Positions 7,828 to 17,201 of a DNA stretch of 64,000 nucleotides are shown piece after piece. The translations under genes and the position numbers were made by a program. How positions within the stretch are numbered: the stretch's first letter is position 1; every line of letters starts with the position of its first letter. The DNA lies in the IMG/VR virus record IMGVR_UViG_3300047539_000043, positions 6,301 to 70,300 of that record; one strand, 5' to 3'. Under the pieces are notes generated by a model that was not told where the DNA came from, ran no database searches, and worked only from the letters and a program-made list of their open reading frames with translations. The stretch is from a virus (taxonomy: Duplodnaviria > Caudoviricetes).

Positions 7828-8919
7828 ATGTCTAACGATCTCGTAAATCTCGAAGCGTTCAAGGACGCACGCGCACCAGATCCTGACCTGCCCCTGGATG
7901 AAGGGCTGGCCGACGGCATTGGTACCAGCTATGGTATCATCGGCTACAAAGGCAAGACGTGGAGCCTGCACTACCGCGGCGAGACGCACTTCTTTAAGCC
8001 AATCATCATCAAACACCCCGACGGTACTATCGAGTCTATCGACGGGATCGAGGTGGTGTTTCTGGCGGCGGGTCCTGGTAAGTCTAGGTCGTATTATCCG
8101 GCCGGCAGCTACGAAGAGGGGTCCAAAGATCGTCCGAAATGTGCCTCGTTGAACGGCATCGTACCGGATGACGACGTAGAGGAACAACAGTCTGAAACTT
8201 GTGCTCTCTGCCCGCGTAGCAAACGAAAGACACAGCCGAACGGTCGCATGGGCGCGGAATGTACCGAGTATAAACGCCTCGCAGTCGCTCTTTTGCCACG
8301 GGATACCAAGCCGTGGCTCGGCGAGATCATGCTCGAACCGGTCTTTCTTCGCGTACCCCCGGCGTCTCTGAACAGCTTGGCGCTGTTGGACCAGAAGATG
8401 GGCAAGCACGGTATGGGCTTGCACTTCAGCTCCTACCTGACCCGCATCACGTTTTTGAAAGAAAAGCCGCATCCGCAGATGCACTTCTATGCGCCCCGCC
8501 CGCTGTCGGCGGCGGAGCTGGTGCCTATCAAGGAGCTCCGTAAGGATCCGCAATGCCAGCGTATCACTGGTGAGGCCGGTTCGGCTCGCGGCGGCGTACG
8601 GGTTATCGCGGCCCCGGACCCGAACGTCAATCTCGCGGCTTTCGCGGCTGCCAAGGCGCTGCCCAATCCCGCGCAGGCAAAGACGATCGAGGCGGTTGCG
8701 AACGTCCCTGCGGAAGAGGACACGGGATTGGGGTTCGCTCCTGCCCCCGTAGACACTTCTGCAGCTTCGGCCGACGATGCGGGGGGACACACTGCACCAC
8801 AGAACAGTCCCCCCGCAACGGCTGCCCCGAAGACCACCGTGGTCGACACGGGCGAACCTGAGGCTTCCGACGCCGAACTCGACGCACGCATTGCCGGAAT
8901 TTTGAATAAGGCAAAATAA
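7828..8919 (+). CDS. putative ssDNA-binding / annealing protein
   Basis: SRSYY..SY, PKCAS.NG..PD, CALCP, C..YKRLAV, FLRVPPASL, acidic low-complexity C-tail. Position next to the primase. Confidence 0.6.
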   Translation: MSNDLVNLEAFKDARAPDPDLPLDEGLADGIGTSYGIIGYKGKTWSLHYRGETHFFKPIIIKHPDGTIESIDGIEVVFLAAGPGKSRSYYPAGSYEEGSKDRPKCASLNGIVPDDDVEEQQSETCALCPRSKRKTQPNGRMGAECTEYKRLAVALLPRDTKPWLGEIMLEPVFLRVPPASLNSLALLDQKMGKHGMGLHFSSYLTRITFLKEKPHPQMHFYAPRPLSAAELVPIKELRKDPQCQRITGEAGSARGGVRVIAAPDPNVNLAAFAAAKALPNPAQAKTIEAVANVPAEEDTGLGFAPAPVDTSAASADDAGGHTAPQNSPPATAAPKTTVVDTGEPEASDAELDARIAGILNKAK

Positions 8920-11900
8920 TGCCCGACGTTTTAGACTTTATTACCCGCTGCCTTCCATTTGGCAGCGGGTATTGCAACTTGCATTGGAAAACGCCTGGTA
9001 AGCCAGGCATGCCAGGAAAGTCCTTCGCTAATCCGGAGGATCTAATTGCATATGCGGAAGCTCATAAGAACGTAGCCGATATCTACTTTTGCCTATCGAG
9101 CCAGTCCGTGGCTGGCGAGCGCCTGGGCAAGAACGTAGTCGCCCACAAAGCAATCTACCTGGACGTCGATGGCTACAAAGCGGAGAAGGGATATGGCACG
9201 CTTGGAGAAGCGCTTGATGCAGTTAAAGCGTTCGTTTCCGTGGCGGCATTACCTCTGCCATCAGCCGTGGTTTGCTCTGGTGGTGGCTGGCATGTCTACT
9301 GGATCTCCGATAAAACGCTCACGGAAGCGGAGTGGCGCCCGTACGCGGACGGGCTCTGGGCGCTCGCCCAAAAGCACGGGCTTACGGCGGACGCAGGTGT
9401 CACGACCGACAGTGTCCGTGTCCTCCGGGTCCCGGGATCCTTTAATCATAAAGAGGCCACACCGCGAGCGGTAGAGCTGGTAGAGCTACTGCCGACCGAC
9501 TATGACTTTGAAAGCGCCCTAGGGCACATACGGGTCGCTCCAACGTCTCTTAGGCGAGCCAAAACAGCCGATAATTGCGATATTGCCAAATTTACTGGGC
9601 AGCAAATATTGGAGCCGGCCGACGATCGCGGGTTAGGTCTCGGGTTTAATGACGCCCCCCTGGCCCTAGAGCCGCTCCTGGGTGAGGGTGGCTGCCCCCA
9701 TCTTGTGGATGCCTGCCGGACGCATGGGGCGCACTACGCGCAGCCGCTGTGGCACCTGGATGCCCTTCTGTCGAGCTTCCTCGAGAACGGCCGCGCGGTT
9801 TTCCACTACATATCGAAGGGGCATCCGTCCTACTATTGGGGCTCTGCTGATGCGATGTTCGACCGTAAGGTTAACGAGAAGGAAGAACGCGGCCTGGGGT
9901 GGCCCAGCTGCGCGGCGCTGGAGGCTGCCGGCTGTAAATCGTGTGCGGCCTGCCCGCACAAAGGCAAAATTCGGTCGCCGCTGAATTTGACGCGCACCCA
10001 AACCACCCCTTTGTTGTCTGACCCAAACGCCGGCGGGAGCACTCCCTTACGGGAATCTGGGCCGGCGGGGGCCGCGGATGTTGGTAGCTCCGCGGCCCCA
10101 CCATTCGATCCCAACCCGCTCGGGATCCCCCGCGAGTACAAGATCGTCAACGACCGCATCTGTAAACACGTAATGAAAACTTTACCAGATGGGAGTAGAC
10201 ATTACGAGGATATCCGGCTGATCTCCACCAGGCTGTGGGATGTCTACATGAGCGCTGATCCCGCGGGGCTCAATTTCACCTGTGCAACATCATTGAACGC
10301 GACCAAAGAATGTTTCATCCCTATGACTGCCCTGAATACCAAGCAGACGCTAAAGGCTGCTTTTCTCGAGAACGAAGTGTTCATCGTACATGGACGTGAG
10401 GAGGATACCGTGGAATTTGTACAATCATGGATGGAGAAGGTGCGCGAGGCGCACGAGGCTCACAAACACCACCCCTACGGTTGGGTCACCAAAGAGGGCG
10501 GCGAAATCGAAGGGTTCGTTTACGGTGGCACGATGTATCTCAAGGACGGTACGGTGCGCGCGGTGCGAACCGATCCGCGCCTGCTAGAGCGCTTCCGGCC
10601 GTACGGCAAGAAAGAGGTCTGGTTCGAAGCGCTCGACCTGATCACGAAGCAGCCGCGAGTCGAGCTCGAGATCCTGGTGGCGGCGTCTTTCGCCTCACCC
10701 TTGCTGCGGTTCACCGGCAAATACGGTGTACTGTTGGCGGCCACCAGCGACACTGGCAAGAACAAGTCGACCGCGATCGATATCGGCAACGCCGTGTGGG
10801 GCAACCCGAAGCGCGTAAAGGGCTCCAACCGGTCGTCGCTGAAAGCCATGATGAACCAATCGGCGAAGACCCAAAACCTGCCGCTTTATTGGGACGACGT
10901 CAAGAACAAGAAAATGATGACCGACGTCTGCGACTACGCCGACTCACAGTCGGAGGGCGTGCAGGGCCAAAAGATGACTTCCAAGCAAACCGAAGCGGAG
11001 ACCGGGGAGTGGGAGTCCATTCTGATCGTCGGTTCCAACGAGAGCGTGACCGACGCGATCCTTAAGCGTACGTCCACCAACGCCGCCTCGCTCGTTCGCG
11101 TATTCGAATTTGAAGTGCGAGAACCCAAGGATACGGACGCTGGGCGTATTTCGGATGCGATCGCGGATCCGCTAAAACACTCTCTGCAGTACAACTTCGG
11201 GCAGGTGGGCGCTGTCTATGCGCAATGGCTTGGCTCCGATCCAGAGGGAATCCGGAAGATCGTCGCCGGGTTCCACCAGCAGTTCATTGACACCGTGAAG
11301 CCGATGCACGAGGAGCGGTATTGGACGTCCCTGTGTGCTATCCTGTACGCTGGGGCCTACTGTGCGAACAAGATTGGCGCCAATTTCCACCTGGACCAGA
11401 TCTGGACTTTCCTGGTCACGCTCTACATGGAACGCCGCAACTTGCTCGAGAGCGAACATGTGGGCGGCGGCACCGCGGAGAACAGTGAGGCCTATCTCAC
11501 TGGGTTCTTCAAGACACAAAACGGTAACACCGCTGCCACCTATGACTACAATAGTGGCCGCGGTCCTGGGCGGCACCTGCGGCCGCTAGATCTCCCAGAC
11601 TTCCAGCGGTTCCCCAGCGCCACGGTCAACGTGCATTGGGTGGTTGACGCCAAATTACTGCGGATCTCGCGCCCAGCGTTCCGCGCGTATTTGGACGAAG
11701 CGAAGGCGTCTTCGACGATCGTCCTGAGCGGCTTGAAGAAGCATTTTGGGATGACACAACAGCGGCGCGTGGACCTGGCTTCCGGCATCGGGGGCAATAC
11801 GTCCGGCCCGGAGGATATCCTGGTGTTCCCGATCAAGCCGGGGTCCTGGCTCGAGAACCAGCTGCTAAAGAAGCTACCGGTTACTCAGCGGGATCAATCA

Positions 11901-11945
11901 GCGGCAGGTCCTGGTTCTGACGATACCGGTTTAGCACCGCAGTGA
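8919..11945 (+). CDS. primase (RepB/AEP-like) fused to a Cys cluster and DUF927 helicase-like domain
   Basis: YFCLSS, YLDVDG, SGGGWHVYW, RVLRVPGSFNHK; CAAL..AGCKSCAACPHKGKIRSPL; TGKNKST, LPLYWDD. Confidence 0.88.
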   Translation: MPDVLDFITRCLPFGSGYCNLHWKTPGKPGMPGKSFANPEDLIAYAEAHKNVADIYFCLSSQSVAGERLGKNVVAHKAIYLDVDGYKAEKGYGTLGEALDAVKAFVSVAALPLPSAVVCSGGGWHVYWISDKTLTEAEWRPYADGLWALAQKHGLTADAGVTTDSVRVLRVPGSFNHKEATPRAVELVELLPTDYDFESALGHIRVAPTSLRRAKTADNCDIAKFTGQQILEPADDRGLGLGFNDAPLALEPLLGEGGCPHLVDACRTHGAHYAQPLWHLDALLSSFLENGRAVFHYISKGHPSYYWGSADAMFDRKVNEKEERGLGWPSCAALEAAGCKSCAACPHKGKIRSPLNLTRTQTTPLLSDPNAGGSTPLRESGPAGAADVGSSAAPPFDPNPLGIPREYKIVNDRICKHVMKTLPDGSRHYEDIRLISTRLWDVYMSADPAGLNFTCATSLNATKECFIPMTALNTKQTLKAAFLENEVFIVHGREEDTVEFVQSWMEKVREAHEAHKHHPYGWVTKEGGEIEGFVYGGTMYLKDGTVRAVRTDPRLLERFRPYGKKEVWFEALDLITKQPRVELEILVAASFASPLLRFTGKYGVLLAATSDTGKNKSTAIDIGNAVWGNPKRVKGSNRSSLKAMMNQSAKTQNLPLYWDDVKNKKMMTDVCDYADSQSEGVQGQKMTSKQTEAETGEWESILIVGSNESVTDAILKRTSTNAASLVRVFEFEVREPKDTDAGRISDAIADPLKHSLQYNFGQVGAVYAQWLGSDPEGIRKIVAGFHQQFIDTVKPMHEERYWTSLCAILYAGAYCANKIGANFHLDQIWTFLVTLYMERRNLLESEHVGGGTAENSEAYLTGFFKTQNGNTAATYDYNSGRGPGRHLRPLDLPDFQRFPSATVNVHWVVDAKLLRISRPAFRAYLDEAKASSTIVLSGLKKHFGMTQQRRVDLASGIGGNTSGPEDILVFPIKPGSWLENQLLKKLPVTQRDQSAAGPGSDDTGLAPQ

Positions 11946-12063
11946 CGAAGTCGTTGTCGGTAAGATCGGCGTCATCCACGCGCGTACACCAATAGAGCAG
12001 TCGCCCGAGACGAATGCGAATGGCCAGCTGGGCCTTAGTTAGGTGACGAGGATGTTCGTTCAT
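11881..12063 (-). CDS. possible small hypothetical protein overlapping the primase 3' end
   Basis: ATG 6 nt after the upstream stop; weak SD. Confidence 0.3.
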   Translation of the reverse strand: MNEHPRHLTKAQLAIRIRLGRLLYWCTRVDDADLTDNDFVTAVLNRYRQNQDLPLIDPAE

Positions 12064-12069
12064 GGGGGC

Positions 12070-12339
12070 TCATTTGGCCGGCTTCACGATGACGACCCGT
12101 TGTACAATAGAGGCCTTAAGAATGTACTGCAAATTGCCGGTGGTGTGCTGATTATGGGTGTCACTGCCGTTGGGCGAATAATTCGCCACGAGTGTGATTG
12201 CTTCATCATCTTCCTTGTAGAGCCAGCCAACCGAATAGCATTCGGATGCTACATGAAATTTTTCTACGCTAGCCCAACCACCTTCTGCACAATGATCTTT
12301 CCACTTGACGATTAAGAGGGGGCGTTCTTGCTTGATCAT
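12070..12339 (-). CDS. conserved small phage protein
   Basis: LIVKWKDH...W...CYSVGWLYKEDDEAITL...YILKASIV pattern; ATGA coupling. Confidence 0.7.
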   Translation of the reverse strand: MIKQERPLLIVKWKDHCAEGGWASVEKFHVASECYSVGWLYKEDDEAITLVANYSPNGSDTHNQHTTGNLQYILKASIVQRVVIVKPAK

Positions 12340-12491
12340 CCGTTGGTCTCTACCCCGATATAATCGACGGCGTTATCTGGAAACGGGTCGAATTCGTTGT
12401 CCCATATGTTGGTGAACTCATCTTCAATGCCATATTCGCCAGTCCGACGCCGGTTGCGCTGACGTTTGGGATTTTGTTTTTTGACCCGCAT
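12336..12491 (-). CDS. 51-aa protein, basic N-half and acidic C-half (not in ORF track)
   Basis: Strong GGGAGG SD. MRVKKQNPKRQRNRRRTGEYGIEDEFTNIWDNEFDPFPDNAVDYIGVETNG. Stop overlaps the next ATG. Confidence 0.7.
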   Translation of the reverse strand: MRVKKQNPKRQRNRRRTGEYGIEDEFTNIWDNEFDPFPDNAVDYIGVETNG

Positions 12492-12516
12492 AAATTTTCC
12501 TCCCAGGCCAGGCAGA

Positions 12517-12545
12517 ACACATATGCGTGAGCGCGTGTATTGTCA
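12517..12545 (-). promoter_or_regulatory. putative sigma70 promoter
   Basis: TTGACA-N17-TATGTG on the minus strand, upstream of the 12491 ATG. Confidence 0.5.
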
Positions 12546-12914
12546 AGACTTCGGCACGATGGCTTTCAGCGACTTGTCTTTTCCCTTGGGATTGGCCTTG
12601 CTCTGGCCCTTGCCCCATACGTCTTCGGTCGGTTCTGGCTTCGGGTCCTTGTTCGGGCCCCCGTCACTGCGGAAGCGGTCGGCCGTCTTCAGGAAGTCGG
12701 TCGTGCGGCCGAGCACCGACCCGCCTTTGGCATAGGAGGCATCCTTCAAACCCTCTGATTTAGACATGTAATGGCCTCCATGTTTATCTTCGTTCCGCTT
12801 CTCACTCAGCATTATGGCGACGGCTTGCTTTTGGTTATGCACCGGGGGTCCGGACTTGGATCCAGAGTGCAAATCTCCACTTTTCCACTTACCCATGACC
12901 TCTGAACTGGGCAT
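12543..12914 (-). CDS. DUF6496-like small basic protein
   Basis: VMGKWKSGDLHSGSKSGPPVHNQKQAVAIMLSEKR; also contains YAKGG. Confidence 0.72.
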   Translation of the reverse strand: MPSSEVMGKWKSGDLHSGSKSGPPVHNQKQAVAIMLSEKRNEDKHGGHYMSKSEGLKDASYAKGGSVLGRTTDFLKTADRFRSDGGPNKDPKPEPTEDVWGKGQSKANPKGKDKSLKAIVPKS

Positions 12915-12923
12915 AGACCCACC

Positions 12924-15900
12924 CTATTGTGCAGGGGTTAACTTTCTATTAGCCCGCGATTTGGCCTCTTCTGGGTGGGTGATTTTCCAGTCCCGCTGGA
13001 TGAATTTGTCCTCGGCCACATTTCCGCCCGGGTTAATATAGCGCGGCGCTGGCCGTATGGCGAGCGCCCGACCCCCCAGGCCGATATTCGAATTCTGGTT
13101 TGCATTGTTGCCCAATAGCTGTTGGCCTACGATAGGGATGAAATTCTTGGCCGCATGGGTGGCCTTTTGCCCGAGGCGCGTGGGAAGCGAAGCCTGTGGG
13201 TTAGAGATCAGGCCGTATCGCGGTCCTTTGGAGGTTTGGGTCCACCCTTTATTGGTGGCGATTTCAAGCGCTGTCTTAGGGACCACCCCCAGTTTGTTCT
13301 GCGCTTCTCCTAGCGGGTCGTGCAGCCATCCATAGACGTCTTTTTGGAAGCCCGGCAGGATAGCACGCTCCGGTTGACCAGACGCAGTCTTACCGCCGGT
13401 ACGCCCGGCCAGGAGATCGTTGATATCTTTCGGCGGCTCCCCGGTCTTGAGGAACTGGTATGCACCGCTCATGGCTGCCACCGTCACGGCCAGCGCCAGC
13501 GTTGACCCGAGACGTGGATCGTAGTCCGGCGACTTCATGCTAAACCGCGTAGGGTGGAGGGCCCATTGAGCTACACCCCCGCCAACGTTGCGTCCAAAGC
13601 CCATCTGCCAGGAGTAGGATGTCAGCCCCAACTGCAGGCCCTCTTTCAATTTGTTGTTCCAGAAAATGTTGTCATGCGTCATCAATCCGAAGCGGTTGTC
13701 GATGTCATCTATGATGTTCATGGCGGCCTGAACTTGTTCCGCGTGGCCGGCCTGCGGGTTTTGGATCAACCACTCGCCCATATTTGATCGAAAGGCGCCG
13801 TTTTTCATCATCGGAATAACGTGACCAAATAGCGGCTTGGCTACCGTGTCCATGATCGCGCCAACAGTGCGGAGCGTAGACTTGCCAACGATCAATGGGG
13901 CCATGGCGGCAGCGGTAGCGTTTTCGCCGGGGGTTTTTGCATTGGCGAAGGACGCTTGGAGATCGTCCGCGGCGCCCTTCCACTCTTTTGTAACTGACTT
14001 CCAACCCTCTGGCAAGAACCGATAGGTTGGATCGCTATGCCCGATAGCGCGACCGTTGGCGTCTTCATACAGGTCCACGATCTTTGTTAGCTCTGGAACC
14101 AACCCGCGGTCGTTCCATTCTTTTGCTATGTCTATGCCGCCACGGTATATTTTGTAAGCGCCTCCAGGTGACGTCGCGAGAGTTTTAAGGGCTAGCGCGG
14201 GATCCCGCAGCCCTTGTTGTGCGGCGAGAGCCACGTCATTGACGAACCCCTCATTCAACATCGTGAATGGATGGAACGCCGACATGCCAAGAAGCACCCC
14301 GGTCCCCCAGTTCGTCGTTGGCTGCGCCAGGTCCATGAACTGCTTGCCCGCCGGGGTTGACCGCCAGCCCGGGCTGTAGGCGTTATTGAATACGGTAGCA
14401 TAGCCTTCTGGGGCGTACAGTTGGCGGTTGCCTAGCCCCCTGCCTAAGAGGGGGACGTTATCCGCCGTTTTCGTTGCGGTTACCATCTCTCTCTCTATAC
14501 CGGTTTCCAGGAGGTTGTTCATCATTAGATACTGATACATGCCATTACGCCGCTCACGAAATGCGGCAATAGGATTGTCATGTTTGAGCTCCATACCGTC
14601 GGCCAACCCGGTAGGTATATCAGGGTATTGTTTGGCTTTCAACCCGGCTCCGGACCCCTGCCGCGCCATATAGTTATCATAAAAAGCGTTCGCTTGGTCC
14701 GGGTTTTTCCACATCTGCGGGAAATACCATTTCTGGAACTGGTCCGGATCCAGCTTGCCATTTGCGCGAATGAAGGTTTCGTCTTTCTTGGCAGTCATCC
14801 GCATCGCACGAATTGCCGGCTCAAGCTCTGGGAAGCTGGCCAACCGCTCCATCGGGTTGGCCTCTTGCATAGCGATTTGAATTTCTCTTTGCTGATCTGC
14901 GGGCAATGCACCAATCAAATCCTCCATCGGCTTTCCCAGCGCGGCGTCAAAAGCGTCCTGAGTGCGCCGGATCGCGCCACGCCGCTCTCGAATATCAGCC
15001 TTGGCCACCTGCCCAGTTTTATCCATAGTCGTAGGAGAAAGAATTTTACCGAACCACGTATTGTTGAGATACGTTTCGGCGGCTCGACGTGCGCGGAACG
15101 GCGCACGCCCGTATTTAGCATTTTCAACATCCGCGGCTTGTTCGGCCCCGTGCGGGGGTGGATCCTGTCCGTTGGCCTTTTCCATGGCGGCTGCGGCGTC
15201 ATCGACCGCGCCGGCACCCAAGCTATGTGGGACGCCTTCTGGGCCTTCATCTTCCGGCTGGATGCGGTTCCACGGTTGATTGCGAATATCGTTAATGTCC
15301 CCGGGAATAGGCCCTTTTCCACTTTCCGGAGCGATTTCGGGCGCCGGTTCTGGCGCGATTTCAGAGAACGGAGTATTTTCCGCTTGCGGAACGGATGATT
15401 TTTCGATACTTTCCGCGGGCGCGACATCGCCCGGTTCCGGTTTAGCGGCCGCGCGCTCCTGCTCTGCTAGTTCGGGGGCGTCTATTCCCATCAATTTGGC
15501 CGCCAGGGTTTGTTCTTCTGTCGTCGGCTTCTCGGTCGGATGGGCGTTATCCTCTATGGGTTTCTCGAAAATGTCCGGAGCGACAGGACCCTTATTTTTT
15601 GCCGTAGTATTTTCCTGTCGATCCCAGAACGCTTCGGCCTCGTCAGCGAATGTATCGGGGTCCGCGCCTTGTTTTTCAGCTATAGACCGGTAGTACGCAT
15701 CCTCGGCCGGCTCGGCGAAATCCCAATGAGCGACCTTATAGGCCGCCTGCGGGTCCATACCGTTGGCTGTCAAAAACTGAAGCACCGGCTTCTCAATCTG
15801 TTCGTGGATTTGCAGCGGAGGCGCGGTGTCGAAGGTGCCGCTCGGGATGTAGGCCTTCACGGGCACGGACGAGTCAATGAGGGTCGTGACGTTGTCGGTA

Positions 15901-17198
15901 CTTGATCCGGCCATGGCCGGCACATGCATACTACGATCAACCGGCCCATTGATGGCGGCTTGTATTTCCGGTTGGTTCAGCCACATTGCGACATGTGGCG
16001 GCACTTGTAGATGGGCATCGTGGAGAACCACTTGACCTTCCAGGCCAGACGGTGTAGCCTCTCCTGGTTGAGGAGACGGTTGTTGTGGAACTTCGGCCCC
16101 CTCGAGGCCGGTCTCCGCAGGAGTAGGAGTAGGAGTAGCAGATGGCGATTGAACAGGCGGTTGGGGTGATGGGGCGGACAATTGAGCGCCTTGTGCTAAT
16201 GCAGGACCAGGTGCTTGCTCTCCTGGCGGAGGTACGGGCGCTGCGGGCGACGTTGGAGTTTGCTCGGGACCAAGTGCTTCTGCCACGTCCGACGGTACAT
16301 CCTTCACCGGTTCAAGCGGCACCGACTGTGCGCCAGGGATACCCCCCTGATCCGACTGACCCGGGCTGGTATCCTGTTTAGGCGCTTCAGTAGCAGACCC
16401 CTCCATGTTGATCGTGGCGCCACCGCGCGGGTCTGGGCTATCCCCTTCAGGTTTAATGCGAGCGCCTGGAGGCGGCGTATGAGACTCCGAGGTCCCCGCT
16501 GCGTTTGAGGCAACAGGATGAGATCCACCGGCCCACTCACGCGCCTTGGGCAGAATGGCGCCCGCGGCTGCCTGGGTCAACGCCTCGGTCGGGTCGATGT
16601 TGCCGAAGCCTTTTGTGATGCCCTGCTGCAGGACGTCTACGGCACCAAAAGCGCCGCCGCTGACCGCGCGCACGAGGGGGGTGATCAGGGCGTTGCCCGC
16701 CGCATCGACGGCCCCTATCCCCGTACCCATGCCAGCGGCGATCGGGGCAGCCCGGCCGATATTGTAAGCGATCGGGTTCTGTTGTTCGGCCGCTGCCTCG
16801 TATGGTTTACTCAGGGGCCCTGTGGAGGGCCCATACTGATCGCGCAACCAATCTTGGATTTTACCGACGACACCGCTGGCGACGAGGCCGACGCCTAGCC
16901 CTGCCGCAATACCCCATGGGCCAGGAATGGCCGCCATGGTCCGTGCCCCGGCGGCGATACCTGACAGGATTGGAGCGGCCGCGGGGGCAGCGCCGGCAAC
17001 GGCAGCACCGATGGGGCCTGTTTGAGGGGGTTGATCTTCTGGTGCCAAACCATATGCCGGGCCCCCCTTATCGAGCATGCTATCTGGATATGGTGCGCCT
17101 GAACCAGCCGGCTGCTCAGGCTGAATATCGTTGAACTGCATCGGTTGCTGTTCAACATCGCCGCCATCGTCAAATGATTGGATCTGATCGAAGCGCAT
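12924..17198 (-). CDS. large internal virion / DNA ejection protein (putative)
   Basis: 1424 aa, Pro/Glu-rich N-region and helical C-region; last of three large genes after the tail gene. Confidence 0.7.
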   Translation of the reverse strand: MRFDQIQSFDDGGDVEQQPMQFNDIQPEQPAGSGAPYPDSMLDKGGPAYGLAPEDQPPQTGPIGAAVAGAAPAAAPILSGIAAGARTMAAIPGPWGIAAGLGVGLVASGVVGKIQDWLRDQYGPSTGPLSKPYEAAAEQQNPIAYNIGRAAPIAAGMGTGIGAVDAAGNALITPLVRAVSGGAFGAVDVLQQGITKGFGNIDPTEALTQAAAGAILPKAREWAGGSHPVASNAAGTSESHTPPPGARIKPEGDSPDPRGGATINMEGSATEAPKQDTSPGQSDQGGIPGAQSVPLEPVKDVPSDVAEALGPEQTPTSPAAPVPPPGEQAPGPALAQGAQLSAPSPQPPVQSPSATPTPTPAETGLEGAEVPQQPSPQPGEATPSGLEGQVVLHDAHLQVPPHVAMWLNQPEIQAAINGPVDRSMHVPAMAGSSTDNVTTLIDSSVPVKAYIPSGTFDTAPPLQIHEQIEKPVLQFLTANGMDPQAAYKVAHWDFAEPAEDAYYRSIAEKQGADPDTFADEAEAFWDRQENTTAKNKGPVAPDIFEKPIEDNAHPTEKPTTEEQTLAAKLMGIDAPELAEQERAAAKPEPGDVAPAESIEKSSVPQAENTPFSEIAPEPAPEIAPESGKGPIPGDINDIRNQPWNRIQPEDEGPEGVPHSLGAGAVDDAAAAMEKANGQDPPPHGAEQAADVENAKYGRAPFRARRAAETYLNNTWFGKILSPTTMDKTGQVAKADIRERRGAIRRTQDAFDAALGKPMEDLIGALPADQQREIQIAMQEANPMERLASFPELEPAIRAMRMTAKKDETFIRANGKLDPDQFQKWYFPQMWKNPDQANAFYDNYMARQGSGAGLKAKQYPDIPTGLADGMELKHDNPIAAFRERRNGMYQYLMMNNLLETGIEREMVTATKTADNVPLLGRGLGNRQLYAPEGYATVFNNAYSPGWRSTPAGKQFMDLAQPTTNWGTGVLLGMSAFHPFTMLNEGFVNDVALAAQQGLRDPALALKTLATSPGGAYKIYRGGIDIAKEWNDRGLVPELTKIVDLYEDANGRAIGHSDPTYRFLPEGWKSVTKEWKGAADDLQASFANAKTPGENATAAAMAPLIVGKSTLRTVGAIMDTVAKPLFGHVIPMMKNGAFRSNMGEWLIQNPQAGHAEQVQAAMNIIDDIDNRFGLMTHDNIFWNNKLKEGLQLGLTSYSWQMGFGRNVGGGVAQWALHPTRFSMKSPDYDPRLGSTLALAVTVAAMSGAYQFLKTGEPPKDINDLLAGRTGGKTASGQPERAILPGFQKDVYGWLHDPLGEAQNKLGVVPKTALEIATNKGWTQTSKGPRYGLISNPQASLPTRLGQKATHAAKNFIPIVGQQLLGNNANQNSNIGLGGRALAIRPAPRYINPGGNVAEDKFIQRDWKITHPEEAKSRANRKLTPAQ
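12938..12952. promoter_or_regulatory. CtrA-type box (1 mismatch)
   Basis: TTAA-ctttcta-TTAG, upstream of the 12914 gene. Confidence 0.5.
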
Positions 17199-17201
17199 TG
17201 G

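Noticed and set aside
7615-8790. 391-aa minus-strand ORF, and similar long antisense ORFs at 14580-15398, 23776-24822, 43416-44189
   Set aside because: Each lies wholly antisense to a well-supported gene in high-GC DNA and has no recognisable motifs.
10735-10775. Atypical Walker A (SDTGKNKST) in the DUF927 region as a sign of inactivation
   Set aside because: DUF927-type helicase domains vary in this loop; it cannot be judged without an alignment.
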